Positions 1 to 12,448 of a stretch of DNA of 64,000 nucleotides are shown here, piece after piece (position 1 is the stretch's first letter; each line of letters starts with the position of its first letter). Source of the DNA: Octopus vulgaris (taxonomy: Eukaryota); the NCBI GenBank assembly GCA_951406725.2, contig OX597833.1, positions 21,266,001-21,330,000 on the forward strand, read 5' to 3'. The position numbers were made by a program, and so were the translations under genes. The notes under the pieces were generated by a model. That model was not told where the DNA came from, did no database searches, and saw nothing but the letters and a program-made list of their open reading frames with translations.

Positions 1-191
1 AGTCCAAGGCAACAAAACCCCCTTGCAAACAAAAGGAAAAAACAAAAAAAGAGAAAAGACGTCACTGTATGGGATCGAACTCGGAGGACAGTGACTAGAT
101 AACGAACTTCGTAAGCATACAGCCATTGCTGCGTTCACGAACATTTGTCAGCAAGACAACTAGAAGTTTTGATTATTATTTCTCCGCTACT

Positions 192-605
192 GTGGCGAGC
201 TGGCCAAATCATTAGCACGCTGGACAAAATGCTTAGTGGCATTTCGTCTTTACGTTCTAAGTTCAAATGCCGCCGAGGTCGACTTCGCCTTCCATCCTTT
301 CGGGATCGATAAACTAAGTACCACTCAAGCACTGAGGATCATTGTAATCGACCAAATGCTTCCTGAAATATTGCAGACCTTGATTCCCCACCCACCCACC
401 CAATTAGCAATGAATTGGCAGAATCGTTAGCACGCCGGACAAAAATTCTTCTGGGTCTTTGCGTTCTAAGTTCAAATCCCGCCTAGATAGACATTGCGTG
501 TTATCCTTTCAGAGTCGATCAAATAAGTTGAACACTTGGGTTGATGTAATCGAATTGTCCCTCCCCACTAAAGTTGCAGGCCTTGTGTCATAACTTGAAA
601 CCAAT
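192..605 (+). mobile_element. Two degenerate copies of SINE family A (tRNA-like head; core GCCTTTCATCCTTTCGGGGTCGATAAA..AAGTACCAG, resembling the Meta/MESC SINE domain)
   Basis: GGCGAGCTGGC... head, GTTCAAAT B-box-like motif and family core; homologous to copies at 1848, 3688, 35328, 62938. Confidence 0.75.
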
Positions 606-1419
606 ATTACTCCCCACCATTTCCATTATCTGGGTTAACTTATTTTCCCTAGTTTTATAGCTACTCTAATGATGCCGTACTTTCTTCATCGTTTGCTAGG
701 TGTTATGTCCAGTATGCAGAACATAGACAGTCATGTCCTGTCACAATTCTCTGTTCATTATTTGCTGTAACAGTTCCACTTCCAACCAGTTCGCCAAGCT
801 AAACACAGGCACTATACCTGTAAACACCAAATTTGAAACAGTCAAAAGGAAGAGACCGGTTATTGATATTTGAACCATGTATACACAGCTGACCAAACAA
901 CCATATTAGTGATGTCATTTATATTACATTAAATTCATAAATCTAATTATAGCTGATGTGGCAAATGTATAATTATGGGTATTTGCTTCCTGCTTAGTTG
1001 ATGATCTTTCGGTTATTCATGGCCTTTTACTGTTAAGGTTAATGAAATATTTTAATAAGATTTTATTACCAGATATTCCGTTAACAATGGTTTAGTTTAA
1101 AGAGAAACAAAAGCACCCACGATGTTTTGCATATCTTCTGAAGCCGATAGGTGGGGGAGAGAAAGGATGCAACAGTCGACAAACTTACGGGTTACTGCAA
1201 TAGGAAGAAATACATCGAGATAATAAGCTATCTTCAAACCGGAGGCCTGATCTATATACTTAGAAGAGAATGAATTTCACTAAAGACAGCCAATGACTAG
1301 GTGATGGTGTGAAGCCAGGGGACTGATTATGAATACTATCCAAGGACAACAAGAATTAAAATCAGAAAAGGAAAAGCCAATTTACACCACAAATAAACTG
1401 CATATAATGGTTTCAAATG

Positions 1420-1740
1420 TGAAGACGCGTTGCTTAGTAGTTAGGGCATTCGCCTTACGATCGTAAAGTCATGAGTTCAATTCCCGGCGACACGTTGTGT
1501 CCTTGAGCAAGACACTTTATTTCACGTTGCTCCAGCCCACTCAGCTGGCAAAAATGAGTAGTACCTGTATTTGAAAGGGCCAGCCTTGGTACATTGTGTC
1601 ACACTGTTTCTCTCTAAGAACTACGTTACAGGTAAACGTGTCTGTGGAATGCTCAGCCACTTGCACGTTAATTTCACGAGCTGGCTGTTCCGTTCATCGG
1701 ATCAAATGGAACCCTCATTGTCTTGACTGATGTAGTGTCA
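1420..1740 (+). mobile_element. SINE family D (tRNA-derived head, CORE-like GTGTCCTTGAGCAAGACACTT)
   Basis: A-box-like TTGCTTAGTAGTTAG, B-box GAGTTCAATTCC, CORE-like motif; related minus-strand copy near 19440-19590. Confidence 0.7.
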
Positions 1741-1847
1741 GTTATAAAAATAAATGGTTTCAAATTTTGGTACAATGCCAGTAGTTTTAAGGAAAGGGAC
1801 AAATTGATTACATCGAGCGCAGTGATCAAATAATACTTATTTTATCT

Positions 1848-2680
1848 AAGGCGGCTAGCTGGCAGAAACGTTAGCACGCTGGGCGAAATGCTTTGCGGTA
1901 TTTCGTCTGCCGCTACGTTCTGAGTTCAAAATTCCGCCGAGGTCGACTTTGCCTTTCATCCTTTCGGGGTCGATAAATTAAGTACCAGTTACGCACTGGG
2001 GTCGATATGATCGACTTAATCCGTTTGTCTGTCCTTGTTTGTCTCCTTTCTGTGTAGCCCCTTGTGGGTAGTAAGAAATAGGTATTTCGTCTGTCTCTAT
2101 GTTCTGAGTTCAAATTCCGCCGAAGTCGACTTTGCCTTTCATCCTTTGGGGTCGATAAAGTAAGTACCAGTTGCGTACTGGAGCCGATCTAATCGACTGG
2201 CCTCTTCCCCAAATGTTTCGGTGCCTTGTGCCTAAAGTAGAAAAGAATATTTATTTTATCTATGGCGATGTGCTGGCAGAATCGTTAGCGCACTGGACGA
2301 AATGCGTAGCGGTATTTCGCTTTGCTACGTTCTGAGTTCAAATTCCGCTGAGGTCGACTTTGCCATTCATCCTTTCGGAGTCAATATATTAAGTACCAGT
2401 TGTGTACGAGGGTCAATGTAATCGATTATATTCTCCCAAATTCTCCCAAATTTCAGGCTTTGTTCCTATAGTAGAAAGAGTCGTTTGCACACCGGGCAAA
2501 CTGCTTAGCGGCATTTCGTCTCTATCTTTACGTTCTGAGTTCAAATTTCCCCAAGGTCCACGTTGCCTTTCATACTCGGAAGTCAATAAAATATGTACCA
2601 ATTGAACGTTGGGGGCGATTAATCTACTTGTAACCTTCCTCAAAAGTGCTGGCCTTGTGCCAAAAATTTGAAATCAATAT
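1848..2680 (+). mobile_element. Cluster of tandem SINE family A copies
   Basis: Repeated GTTCTGAGTTCAAATTCCGCCGAGGTCGACTTTGCCTTTCATCCTTT modules at ~1917, 2101, 2329, 2533. Confidence 0.85.
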
Positions 2681-2811
2681 ATATTTTTTATATCAACACC
2701 GAAAGTGAAGTACTAGCGTCGATATAAGCGATTAACACTCTCCACTAAAGTGCTTGGCCTTATGCCAGCAAATTTCGTAGTGGGTGTTAATTTGAAACCA
2801 TTACTGTTCCT

Positions 2812-3115
2812 GTGGAGGTGCAATGGCCCAGTGATTAGGACAACGGACTCGCAGTCGGAGGTCCGCGGTTTCGATTCCCAGACCGGACGTTGTGTGTGTT
2901 TATTGAGCGAAAGCACCTAAAAGCTCCACGACGCTCCGACAGGGGGGGGGACGATCCCTGTTGTACTCTTTCGCCGCAACTTTCTCTCACTCTTTCTTCC
3001 TGTTTTTGAGTAACGCTGCGATGAACTGGCGTCCCGTCCAGCTGGGAAGAACACATACGCCACAGAAACGCGGAAACCTGGCCCATGAGCCTGGTTAGGC
3101 TTGAAAAGGGCGACG
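2812..3115 (+). mobile_element. SINE family C (tRNA-Arg-like head, V-domain-like CTGCGATGAACTGGCGTCCCGTCCAG)
   Basis: TGGCCCAGTGATTAG A-box, GGTTTCGATTCC B-box, TCG at the anticodon-like position; homologous to 16258 and 33370. Confidence 0.8.
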
Positions 3116-3147
3116 TTTATCATTTTTATTACTATTCCTAGTTTAAA

Positions 3148-3355
3148 GGCGGCGCCGTGGCAGAATCGTTAGCAAACTGGACAAAATACTCAGCAGTATT
3201 TCGTCCGTCTTTTCGTTCTGACTAGGGGTCAACTTTGCCTTTCATCCTTTTGGGATCGGTGAATAAGTACTGGGTGCGTACGGGGCTGGGATCGATGTAA
3301 TCAACTTGCTCTCTTCCCCCAAAATTTCAGGCCTTGTGCCTACAACAGAAAAGAT
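3148..3355 (+). mobile_element. SINE family A, degenerate
   Basis: Head GGCGGCGCCGTGGCAGAATCGTTAGC and family core. Confidence 0.7.
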
Positions 3356-3687
3356 CATTACACTTAGTTTAGTTTGTAGTTAGGATCTAGTTTGAGATTA
3401 CGATCATAACAACGAAATAGAAACCTCATGAGGACCAGAATACACGAAGATAGTAATGTAACATAGTTAGAAATATACACACTCTAAAATATGCTCTCCA
3501 AAAGTGAAATGAATATTCCGGCAATTTATCAGCTTATTAATAATTCATCTTTATATTCCAATATACCATCGTCATAAGCATGAATAATTTATGTTCATGT
3601 TTACCGAGCGCTCTTCCAAAACGTTTTACGCGAAAATATCTTCATTATGCTGGCAAATATTAATTCTATTAGTAATATGACAACTCA

Positions 3688-4115
3688 AGGCTGCAGGCTG
3701 GCAGAAACGTTAGCACGCCGGGTGAAGTGTTTAGCGGTATTTCGGCTGCCGCTACGTTCTGAGTTCAAATTCCGCCGAGGTCGACTTTGCCTTTCATCCT
3801 TTCGGGGTCGATAAATTAAGTACCAGTTACCCACTGGGGTCGATATAATCGACTTAATCCCTTTGTCTGTCCTTTTTGTCCCCTCTATGTTTAGCCCCTT
3901 GTAGGCAGTAAAGAAATAAGAAACGTTAACTCGCCGGGCATATACTTAGCGGCATTTCGTCCGTCTGTACGTTCTGAGTTCAAATTCCGCCGAGGTCGAC
4001 TTTACTTTCCATCCCTTTCAGGGTGGATGAAATACGCACCAGTTAAACTACTAGAGTTTTCCTAATCCTAATCGACTTACTCACTTTCCCGAAATTGTTG
4101 GCTTTATAGCAGAAA
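3688..4115 (+). mobile_element. SINE family A dimer
   Basis: Two consecutive family A modules. Confidence 0.8.
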
Positions 4116-4334
4116 AGGTTAATATCACAATTCATTTCTATAAGTCAATTTTCAATTAATCTAGGAGTCTGCGCATTGTTTATTACCTTTTATCTTTTAC
4201 TTGTTTCAGTCATTGGACTGAAGCGACCCTGGGGCGATGGTAAGAGATAAACACAAAGGCACACAAACATAGATATAGAGAGATAATGATGCAAATAAAT
4301 AACTGCTTGGGTTAGATATACAAAATATGTACAC

Positions 4335-4374
<40 letters not shown>

Positions 4375-4844
4375 AACGAAAACGCAATAGAGGACAATAA
4401 AACATTCAGACAGATAGACGATGCAAAGGCGGACAAGAGAAACAACAATTAGAAGAACAGGAAAAAAAGAGGAGTCATTCGTGGCCTTCTTTCCTCAGTC
4501 AAGTTTACCAGAAGTCCTTACTGTTTCGGGCAGTTACACTTGAGGCACTTCGATCTGGTTGCCCCAAAAAAGTTTAGGCTAAGAGTATTAGATTTTTTTT
4601 GTAAGAAAGCTAGAGAATGTGTACGACAACAAAGACAAAAAATGGAGAACATGATACACAATTACAAATACAAACGACAAGGAATAATAACAGGCGTCTT
4701 TCGACTGAGAACGAACCAAATTGAGCTGGCGTGTATGAAGTGAAATTCTAAAGGCAGGAATATAGGAGATGGACATAAGAGGTGTTGACGGTCGGTAGAA
4801 GTCCTTAGTGTTTCGGGCAGTACATGTATGTATGTATGTATGTA

Positions 4845-5045
4845 TGTATTCGCCATGATAGATCGCTAGCCACTAAACCTTTTTCTATTTTCTCTCCCTG
4901 TTTATTTCTGTGTTCCTTTCTGTCGAAGAGCGTAGGCTCGAAACATAAAAGACTTTCTCACTTCCCGAGCGTTAAATTAATACAACTGTTTGTTGTTTAC
5001 ACACCTATCTTCATCTTTTGTTTTTTTGTAAATTCTTACTATATA
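4845..5045 (+). mobile_element. Short dispersed repeat (family E) carrying a hammerhead-like motif; probably Penelope-LTR-like or retrozyme-like
   Basis: Homologous copies on the minus strand at ~21700-21915 and ~25980-26240; all abut microsatellites. Confidence 0.65.
4916..4951 (+). ncRNA. Minimal type I hammerhead ribozyme motif, A6U variant
   Basis: CTTT-CTGTCGA-A-GAGC(GTAG)GCTC-GAAA-CAT-A-AAAG: helix I CTTT/AAAG, 4-bp helix II. Confidence 0.55.
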
Positions 5046-5214
5046 TTGGACAGCAGACCACATGCACTATTTATTTCACCTTCGCTTTAGTTTAGTATTT
5101 TTATTTCTAGTCTATTTTTCTGTCGTCACACATTCTGTGACCTCTTCAATGACTCTGTCTCATGTGTCTTCTCTTGTCCTGCCTATTCCATGTATATACA
5201 TATATATATATATT

Positions 5215-5261
<47 letters not shown>

Positions 5262-5491
5262 GCGCGCGCACACGAGCATACAAAGAGGTACATAGAAAGA
5301 AAAAGAAGAGGATACATGACTAAATAGATAGATAGACAGATGGATAGATAGATAAATAGACAGACATATAGGCGCATATACAAACAGGGTTGGTATAAAT
5401 AAATAGTAACAACAATCTTTTGTCTGTTACTATAATAGGCAAATAAAATATTTTATGTATAGAACTAAAAATTACAAAATATCCAGCGTCC

Positions 5492-5527
<36 letters not shown>

Positions 5528-6069
5528 ATATATATGCGAAGAGCTGCGAGTGTGTGTATGTGTGTGTACGCGCGCATGCACATGTGCATGGGAGTATATG
5601 TTATGCTCAATACGAATTACTAAACATGAGATGATCTAAGAAAGTGTAATTGTTATGACATTTAACAAGAGTTTGTATTCATATCTACTGAACTCAGAAA
5701 CTATATTTCTATCTAATATATGTTTACAAACATTTATATAACATCACTACCCTTGCCCGCTCCATAAATATTTCCTAGTATCAGAGTCAAATTGATTATC
5801 TTTACGAAAAATAAAACAAGCGCTTCAGTTTCTTTTTCGGGGGCATTTACAATATGGCTGCTGTACAAAAAATATTCAATATCAGTTTTTCTCGTGTGAA
5901 TGTTTACAGTTATACAGAGCCACCATAACCTTTTGTACGTACTCAGATAAAAAACGAGATAAAATAATTAAAAAAATCAACTGGCTATTTTTTAAATAAT
6001 CAACAATGTCTTCAATATTATAGAATTTTCAAAATATCAAAGGTAATTAAACATGCCGCCCGTCCTACA

Positions 6070-6132
6070 ATATAATATATACATATATATATATAAATAT
6101 AAACATATAAGTATACATACACATCTCTCTCT

Positions 6133-6188
<56 letters not shown>

Positions 6189-6428
6189 AACGCATATTTA
6201 TATATACTTAAATATACATATAAATACAAACATATATACATATATATATATACGTACATAAAATATACATATATATATTTATATACACGTTATACACATT
6301 ATACACGCAACATATAAATACATGCGTATATACATATATATATGTTGATAAATACAATATATATATATATATATATATATAAATAATTATATATATGTAT
6401 ATATATGTAAATAATTATATATGTATGT

Positions 6429-6459
<31 letters not shown>

Positions 6460-6492
6460 CATCTATAACTATATATTATAGATACACACATA

Positions 6493-6584
<92 letters not shown>

Positions 6585-6630
6585 CGTGTGTGTGTGTGTG
6601 TGTGTGGCTTTATATATATTATGTATATGT
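6070..6630. repeat. Compound (TA)n/(CA)n/(TG)n microsatellite region
   Basis: Direct reading. Confidence 0.9.
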
Positions 6631-7183
6631 ATATGAAGAATGAATCCCCACCAGATAAAGTTCCCAATCAGGCAGTTTACGATGTCCTACCGAGCCCAAG
6701 CAACTTGTTCTGCTAAGGAATGTTAAAGTCACAATCTTGCTCCTGCTCCCGATGAGAGGAATTCTGGAGCGCATTCTCAACAGCTGTCCAAAAGCCCTCT
6801 CTGGGGATAATACTACTTGAGGTATGATTGAATGTCATAAGGGAAGATATCATCCAGAGTGAGATTAGCCATTGCAAGCACATCCGTTCAACGAAGATCA
6901 TTAGCTTTGTCAAAGCTAATCCCCACTGCCGCCTGGCCAAAAGAATATGAACTGAAAGTCGGCCTGGGAAACTGTCACCCCAACGTCACTAAAGCCAAAC
7001 ATGGTAATGATCTCAGATGCATCCAACCTGATGGTTCTGTTGGAACTCACCATAACCAGGGAAGACTTCACTAAAGTGGCAAATAAGAAGAGAAGGAAAT
7101 ATGGAGCGTTGTTGAGGCTATGCCGAAGCAATGGGTGGTTAGCAAGGTGTAATCTGATCGACGAGGTTTGGGTGTCAATCTGA
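6630..7183 (+). mobile_element. Decayed 3' fragment of a restriction-like-endonuclease non-LTR retrotransposon (HERO/NeSL-like)
   Basis: Frameshifted translation [11 protein letters not shown]...ILNSCPKALS...MVLLELTITRE...KRRKYGALLRLCRSNGW, matching the CCHC knuckle plus RLE (LELTVPWE...KY) region. Confidence 0.7.
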
Positions 7184-7184
7184 G

Positions 7185-7440
7185 GACAGTGCATGTACCG
7201 AGGATGATAAAAATTAAACATTCAACATCATGGTGTCTGGAGTGATCTGTATTGATGGTGAAGTTATGCTTCCATTCATCTTCCCACACGGCCTCAGACT
7301 CAACACAGGCCTACATCAAGTGCCTGGAGGAGGTAGAGATGCCCTGAGTTAAGAATTCTGCACCATGCCACATTCTGGGGGGCCGTGGTTGAAGCCAATG
7401 TGATTTTGTTGAATAAATTTACTCTTTAGTATTTCAAGCT
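7185..7440 (+). mobile_element. Tc1/mariner-superfamily transposase fragment (decayed)
   Basis: IMVSGVICIDGEVMLPFIFPHGLRLNT..AYIKCLEEV..NSAPCH resembles the VMVWG...QQDSAPCH catalytic region. Confidence 0.65.
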
Positions 7441-7704
7441 AACCAGGAGGACACGAGTCAACTATAATTTAGAATCTTGTGCAGTTCACTGCAGTTTCAT
7501 CTCCAGCTCCTGCCTGCCTCATGCTTCATGTGCCGCAGAGGAAGGGCTTAAAATTACAGGTCATGGTTCACCTTCTGGTAAGTTGTGATCCTCCTTCATC
7601 AAACTCATACCATCGGCTTCCTTCCTTTGTACGACATTGAATTTCGTGTTTATGGTCGAAGTATTCGTCCAGAGAGGAAAATCAATTTACGGATTCGAAA
7701 GGTG

Positions 7705-8184
7705 ATGTGTGTGTGTATGTCTGTATATATGCGTGTGTGTGCATGTGTGTGTGTTTATGTGTGTATGAGCATGAGTGTGTGTGCTTGTGTGTGTGTGTGC
7801 GTGTCTGTGCATGTGTGTGTATTTATCTGTATGAGTGTGTGTTTGTGTGTGCATGTGTTTGTGTGCGTGTGTGTGCATGTGCGTGTGTTTATGTGTGTGT
7901 GTTTATGTGTGTATGAGCATGAGTGTGTGTGTTTGTGTGTGTGTGCGTGTCTGTGTATGTGTGTGTATGAGTGTGTATGAGTGTGTGTGTTTGTGTGTGC
8001 ATGTGTGTGTGCGTGTGTGTGCATGTGCGTGTGCTTGTGTGTGCATGTATGTGCGTGTGTGTGTGCATGTGTGTGTATTTATGTGTGTGCTTGTGTATGA
8101 GTGTGTGTGTTTGTGTGCGTGTGTATTTGTATGTGTGTGTGTTCATGTGTGTATGTGTGTGTTTTTGTATACGAGTGTGTGTGT

Positions 8185-8216
<32 letters not shown>
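7705..8216. repeat. Degenerate (TG)n microsatellite
   Basis: Direct reading. Confidence 0.9.
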
Positions 8217-8217
<1 letters not shown>

Positions 8218-9087
8218 GTACATTTCCCATCATTCTCAAGACAGGAAAGGTGTGGTAAAACTGTAGATATATATTTCATGAGAGTTCCGCTCCTAAGAAG
8301 ATTGCTTTGCATTGACTTTTTTGTTGCTGTTATTATTGTTGTTTGTCTTTTTCCATTTTTTCACTGTCACTTTCAAACCGAAGTGGTGGAAGCTTCCTAA
8401 ACTTGGTCAGCTCCGTACTAGCAAGTATAATGTCCAGTTTCCCCAGAAGGAATACACAGAAAATTATAGCCGTATGTTAACATCATAATAGAAAAATAGC
8501 CTTCTGGTTAACTGACAGACAAAATACAAATATTTTCATTCGTTTATTGCCAATTCATTGAGGAACATTTATTAACTGAAAAATAGATCCGCAAGAGAAC
8601 TGAATTTGAATCGAGAATGCTAGGAAAAAATCGCATTTAAGCCTCTATTATGATTGACGGAAGCAGTGATTTGAGTCGTCGGTTACCTCTTCTAAATAAT
8701 TGTAGGTTAAAAGAAAATAACTGCGACTTGTATATCTACTCAAGGTACATATGTCTGGCTATTGATTGATTCGAAGTCTGTGAAGCACGAGGAAATTGCG
8801 TGCTAAAGCGTGAACGTATTCAACGATTGAGTCTTTCCGTCCGAATGAGTAACCTTATTAGCACTGTTGCTGAATGAAATATTGTTGTTGTTGTTCTTGT
8901 TGCCGTGGACGCAGACGTTTTCACAGCGATACACTTGGAAAATGTTTGCTACCGGGAATGTCTAATGAAAGACGTGGGGGAGTTTTATAGTTATTTATTT
9001 TTTTTTGTTCAAAATGTTATCTGTGATGGGTTTTGGAACATTTAAGCGTCCAGTCTAGTGGGGTTTTTTTCCATTATCAGATATACA

Positions 9088-9479
9088 TCTCTCTATATAT
9101 AAAGCTGAAGTTGTCTGTGTATGGCAGGTTTGGTAGCCTTCAACTAACACTATCTCCTCCGAGACCCAGCGGCGCAAGTTAACCAAAATTGAAAGTATGA
9201 TAGAAGAAGGCTTGCTCTTCCTTCCCTAGAAGAAAATTTTCAAATCGGACTATGTTAACGCCAAAAATTATTTACATCAAAAAGGAGCTTTTTTTCTATG
9301 AAAATACCTATTTTTTACGATTTTTTGATTGCTGCGTCGCCATTTTTCGGTGTATTTCAACCAGAAAAATGTTCCCTTAAAGAGAATAACAAGCTACATA
9401 ATGCAAAATTTTTACTTTTCAAAAATTCCAATTCTAAAGGGTCGAAACAAACCCGAGCAACGCCGAACGATGCTGCTAG
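9088..9479 (+). mobile_element. Non-autonomous Helitron-like element
   Basis: A|TC...TATATATAAA 5' end, subterminal hairpin CCCGAGCAACGCCGAA, CTAG|T 3' end; second copy on minus strand at 43848-44115. Confidence 0.75.
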
Positions 9480-10616
9480 TTATTTTTAAAGTATCTATTT
9501 TACTTTGCTCATTGTTCAATGTCCCCCACCTCTGGGTTGATGGGGTAAGGTGTGATCATGGATCAATAGCTTTAAGTGTGCACCCAAAAGATTTTGAAAA
9601 ACAATGAAACAGACAAAAATGTAAGCATAGACGGTCTTAGTATGACGAACAAAAGTGCAAATTCGTACGGCAATAACAAAGACATCCGCAAAAATATCAG
9701 CAGCGCGTTTATTGCTAGCTTTGCAAGACAAAATATGAGATATGAAAGAGATATGTCACAAAAATGAGCGTCTGCTTTCCCGAAGAATCTAACCAGGAAA
9801 GAAAGAGAATCGATGTAATGTAGTTGTGTTTTTCTTTTCTTTTTTAATGAAAATGTACTATGGCAAATTCTATATGCCCTTGAAAGAGGCGTTAGAGGAA
9901 GATGAAGCGTGGTAGCATGTGTACTTCATTAACCGAGGCAGAGTATATGGGAAGGGTGTGCTTGATTTTTAAGACCAAGGAACAAATTAGTAGAGAAGTA
10001 GAGATTGAGCTCGTCACCGACTAGTGCTGTAATGAAAGGTTAGAGAAACAGGAGGGTGAGGAGTGAATGTTGGATGTTGAGTCATTGTAAGATGTGACAG
10101 AGTTGGTCATAAAGATCACAAGGCATTTCTGGAGCTGGACATCAGTGAGGGGTCGGAGAGTAGGTGAATCAGATTGGCCGTGTTCGACAGAAGGCGTAGT
10201 TACTTCATATGCGGTAGCTGAAGCTACCTGAGGATATTTTGCCCACAATAAGAGAAAAACAAGAAGAAAACAGACTGCAGCAAGAAGTGACAATAACAAA
10301 AGCAACAGTAACAGCCGGCTTCAGAAAGGGAGGCCATGGTTGTTACTACTACTACTATTGTTTCTAGAGCACCGCTTGTTGCAACTCCGAGGAAGTAAGC
10401 TAAGTTACCTTGACCTCATTGCTATCAACACCAGGCGCTGACGATGACGAAAAGCATCGAGAAGTCAATGAGTCTTTTCATTCAACATAATATCGCTCAG
10501 AGGCTACGGGTAGCAATATGACACCATTACTTTCTGGCAGTAAAATTCCACTGGCTGCCATGAATGACTGACAGAGGAGTTTGTACTAACAATTGCGCTT
10601 GGCACAGAACTAAAAC

Positions 10617-10715
10617 TACCGTGTTTCCCCGAAAATAAAACCCGGTTTTATATTAATTTTGCATCAAAAAATGCACCAGGACTTATTTTCGGGGGCTGTC
10701 TTATATTTTTGCGGA
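10617..10715 (+). mobile_element. Tc2/pogo-like MITE end
   Basis: TA|CCGTGTTTCCCCGAAAATAA terminus with internal inverted CTTATTTTCGGGG. Confidence 0.55.
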
Positions 10716-10841
10716 AAAAGTCCAAGAAAATAAAAAAAAGTTTCATGTCTTCGTGTAAAAGGAAAAAACTGTAAAAAGAAACCCATGTTTTTATTCACCA
10801 AAAGTTTATTTATTTGCTTATTGTTTTTAGTCAAGTATAAA

Positions 10842-11750
10842 CATGATTAGTAGAGTGGAAATTGCGCGAGACCGGAGTGTCATTGCCGAGTCTATCTCGG
10901 AGGTGCTCCGCGAACCGGACAGCCAAGCGGCATCCCATTTGACCGATGCACAGAAGAAGGGAAGAAATAGCAGGAGATGCAGTAAATGACGTTGCTAGAA
11001 GTGCAGGTAAAGGAGTCGGTGATATGATAGGGACGATGATGAGTGCCTGTGAAGACGGAGGTGTTGGAGAGGTAGGGGTAAGTGCGGCAGCGTGGGCGGG
11101 AGCAGGAGAACGAGCCAGGTTGGAAGGTGGGGGTTAGGAAAGAAACTAAGGACCAGAAGGTCACGCAGCTTGTGGGCTCGTTTGAAGAGGGAAGGGGTAG
11201 GTTGGGGTAGATGTGAGGGGTATAGAGGTCGGACTGGAGTCGCCGGAAGGCTTGGAGAATATGAGGAGAGACGATCAACGGTGGGGCGGGTGCAGGGAAA
11301 GGGAGCAGAGGCATGGTCCACGGAAGTGCTCTAGCAAGGGCTGAGTGAATAGTGGTGAGGGGATATCCACGAAGGATGAAGTTGCGAGCCATGAGTTGAG
11401 ACTGAATCTCAAAGTCATGGTTGTCACTGCAGAGCCTGCGCAGACGGAGGAATTGGGAGTATAGGATGGAGAACTTGGTATGGGTAGTGTGGGAGGAGGA
11501 GAAGTTAAGGTATGAGTGTGAGTTGGTGTGTTTATAGTGGATGGAGGCAGTGAGAACGGAGTGGTGTATGTTGACCAAAATGTCGAGAAATGCGACGGAA
11601 GTGTTCGAAACAGTGCAGGAGGATTCGCGGGCATGATGGAAGAATTGGACAAAAGAGAGGAAGGAGTCTAGTTGTTCGCGGGCGAGTAAAGTCGCACCGA
11701 TACAGTCATCAGTATAACGACCGTATAGTTCGAGAGTGGGGCCAGTGAAT
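10842..11750 (-). mobile_element. Penelope-like retroelement fragment (RT C-terminal half, linker, GIY-YIG endonuclease), frameshifted
   Basis: LYGRYTDDCIG (RT motif), HYKHTNSHSYLNFSSSH...SQFLRLRRLCSD thumb, CSRPRCRT Zn linker, FTCTSSNVIYCISC...IGQ..G..L..RFAEHLRD (GIY-YIG). Confidence 0.85.
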
Positions 11751-12196
11751 CGTCTGCCTTACTGTCTGTCTCTCTGTTACCATCTTGCTGCCCACATCAG
11801 AACACCAATCTTGATGAAACTTTGCATACATGTTAAACTAACATCCAGTTGAATTATAGACAAACTGGATTTCAATAAAAATCTATAATGGACCCTCTAA
11901 GGTGGCGGGATGGAGGCTTTTCCGGTATTACTGGTCAATTCATTTATTTTACTCGGTTGGGCTATTGTTTGATAAAATGAGAAGGGTGAAAGGGTGTTAG
12001 TGTGAGGTGAAATGTGGTGGTATAGTGGATGTGGTTGATATCAGGGAAGGGGAGAACGAAGTTGTGTGAGTGACAAATATGAAGTGGGAGTGGAATGGTA
12101 ATATTAGTACAGGTGTCATTCAGGGATACACACGCGATGCTGTATACATAATTTCGTAAATACATAGATATATGGCATACACACAAACACACACAA

Positions 12197-12228
<32 letters not shown>

Positions 12229-12410
12229 AACAATGTACACACACATGCACAAATACATAAGTAGCTTTTAAAACGTCGAGGAAGGAAAAGAAAGGTGGGT
12301 GTGAGGAATACGTAGCTTTAAGGAGAGAAGAGTTGATAGCAATTGTTCACAGTTGGCTGACCATCGCAAAGAAACACTTACACACAGACACTCACACACG
12401 TATATATATA

Positions 12411-12448
12411 CTGTCTGATGAACGGCAACGAGAAACTCAGAGTAACAG
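12411..12448 (+). ncRNA. Minimal type I hammerhead ribozyme (family F)
   Basis: CTGT-CTGATGA-ACG(GCAA)CGA-GAAA-CTC-A-GAGT-A-ACAG: canonical core, helix I CTGT/ACAG, near-palindromic helix III, GUA site; homolog at 49044-49081. Confidence 0.7.

Noticed and set aside
2812-2885. tRNA genes (also at the heads of families A, B and D)
   Set aside because: A/B boxes are present but continue into repeat bodies and lack intact cloverleaves; these are SINE heads
4480-4825. Additional minus-strand hammerhead half-motifs (GCCCGAAACAGTA, CTGAGGA)
   Set aside because: Could not assemble a complete core with helices I-III
10021-10305. 94-aa ORF with a hydrophobic N-terminus resembling a signal peptide
   Set aside because: Starts at TTG with an in-frame stop just upstream, no ATG, no recognisable homology or convincing splice context
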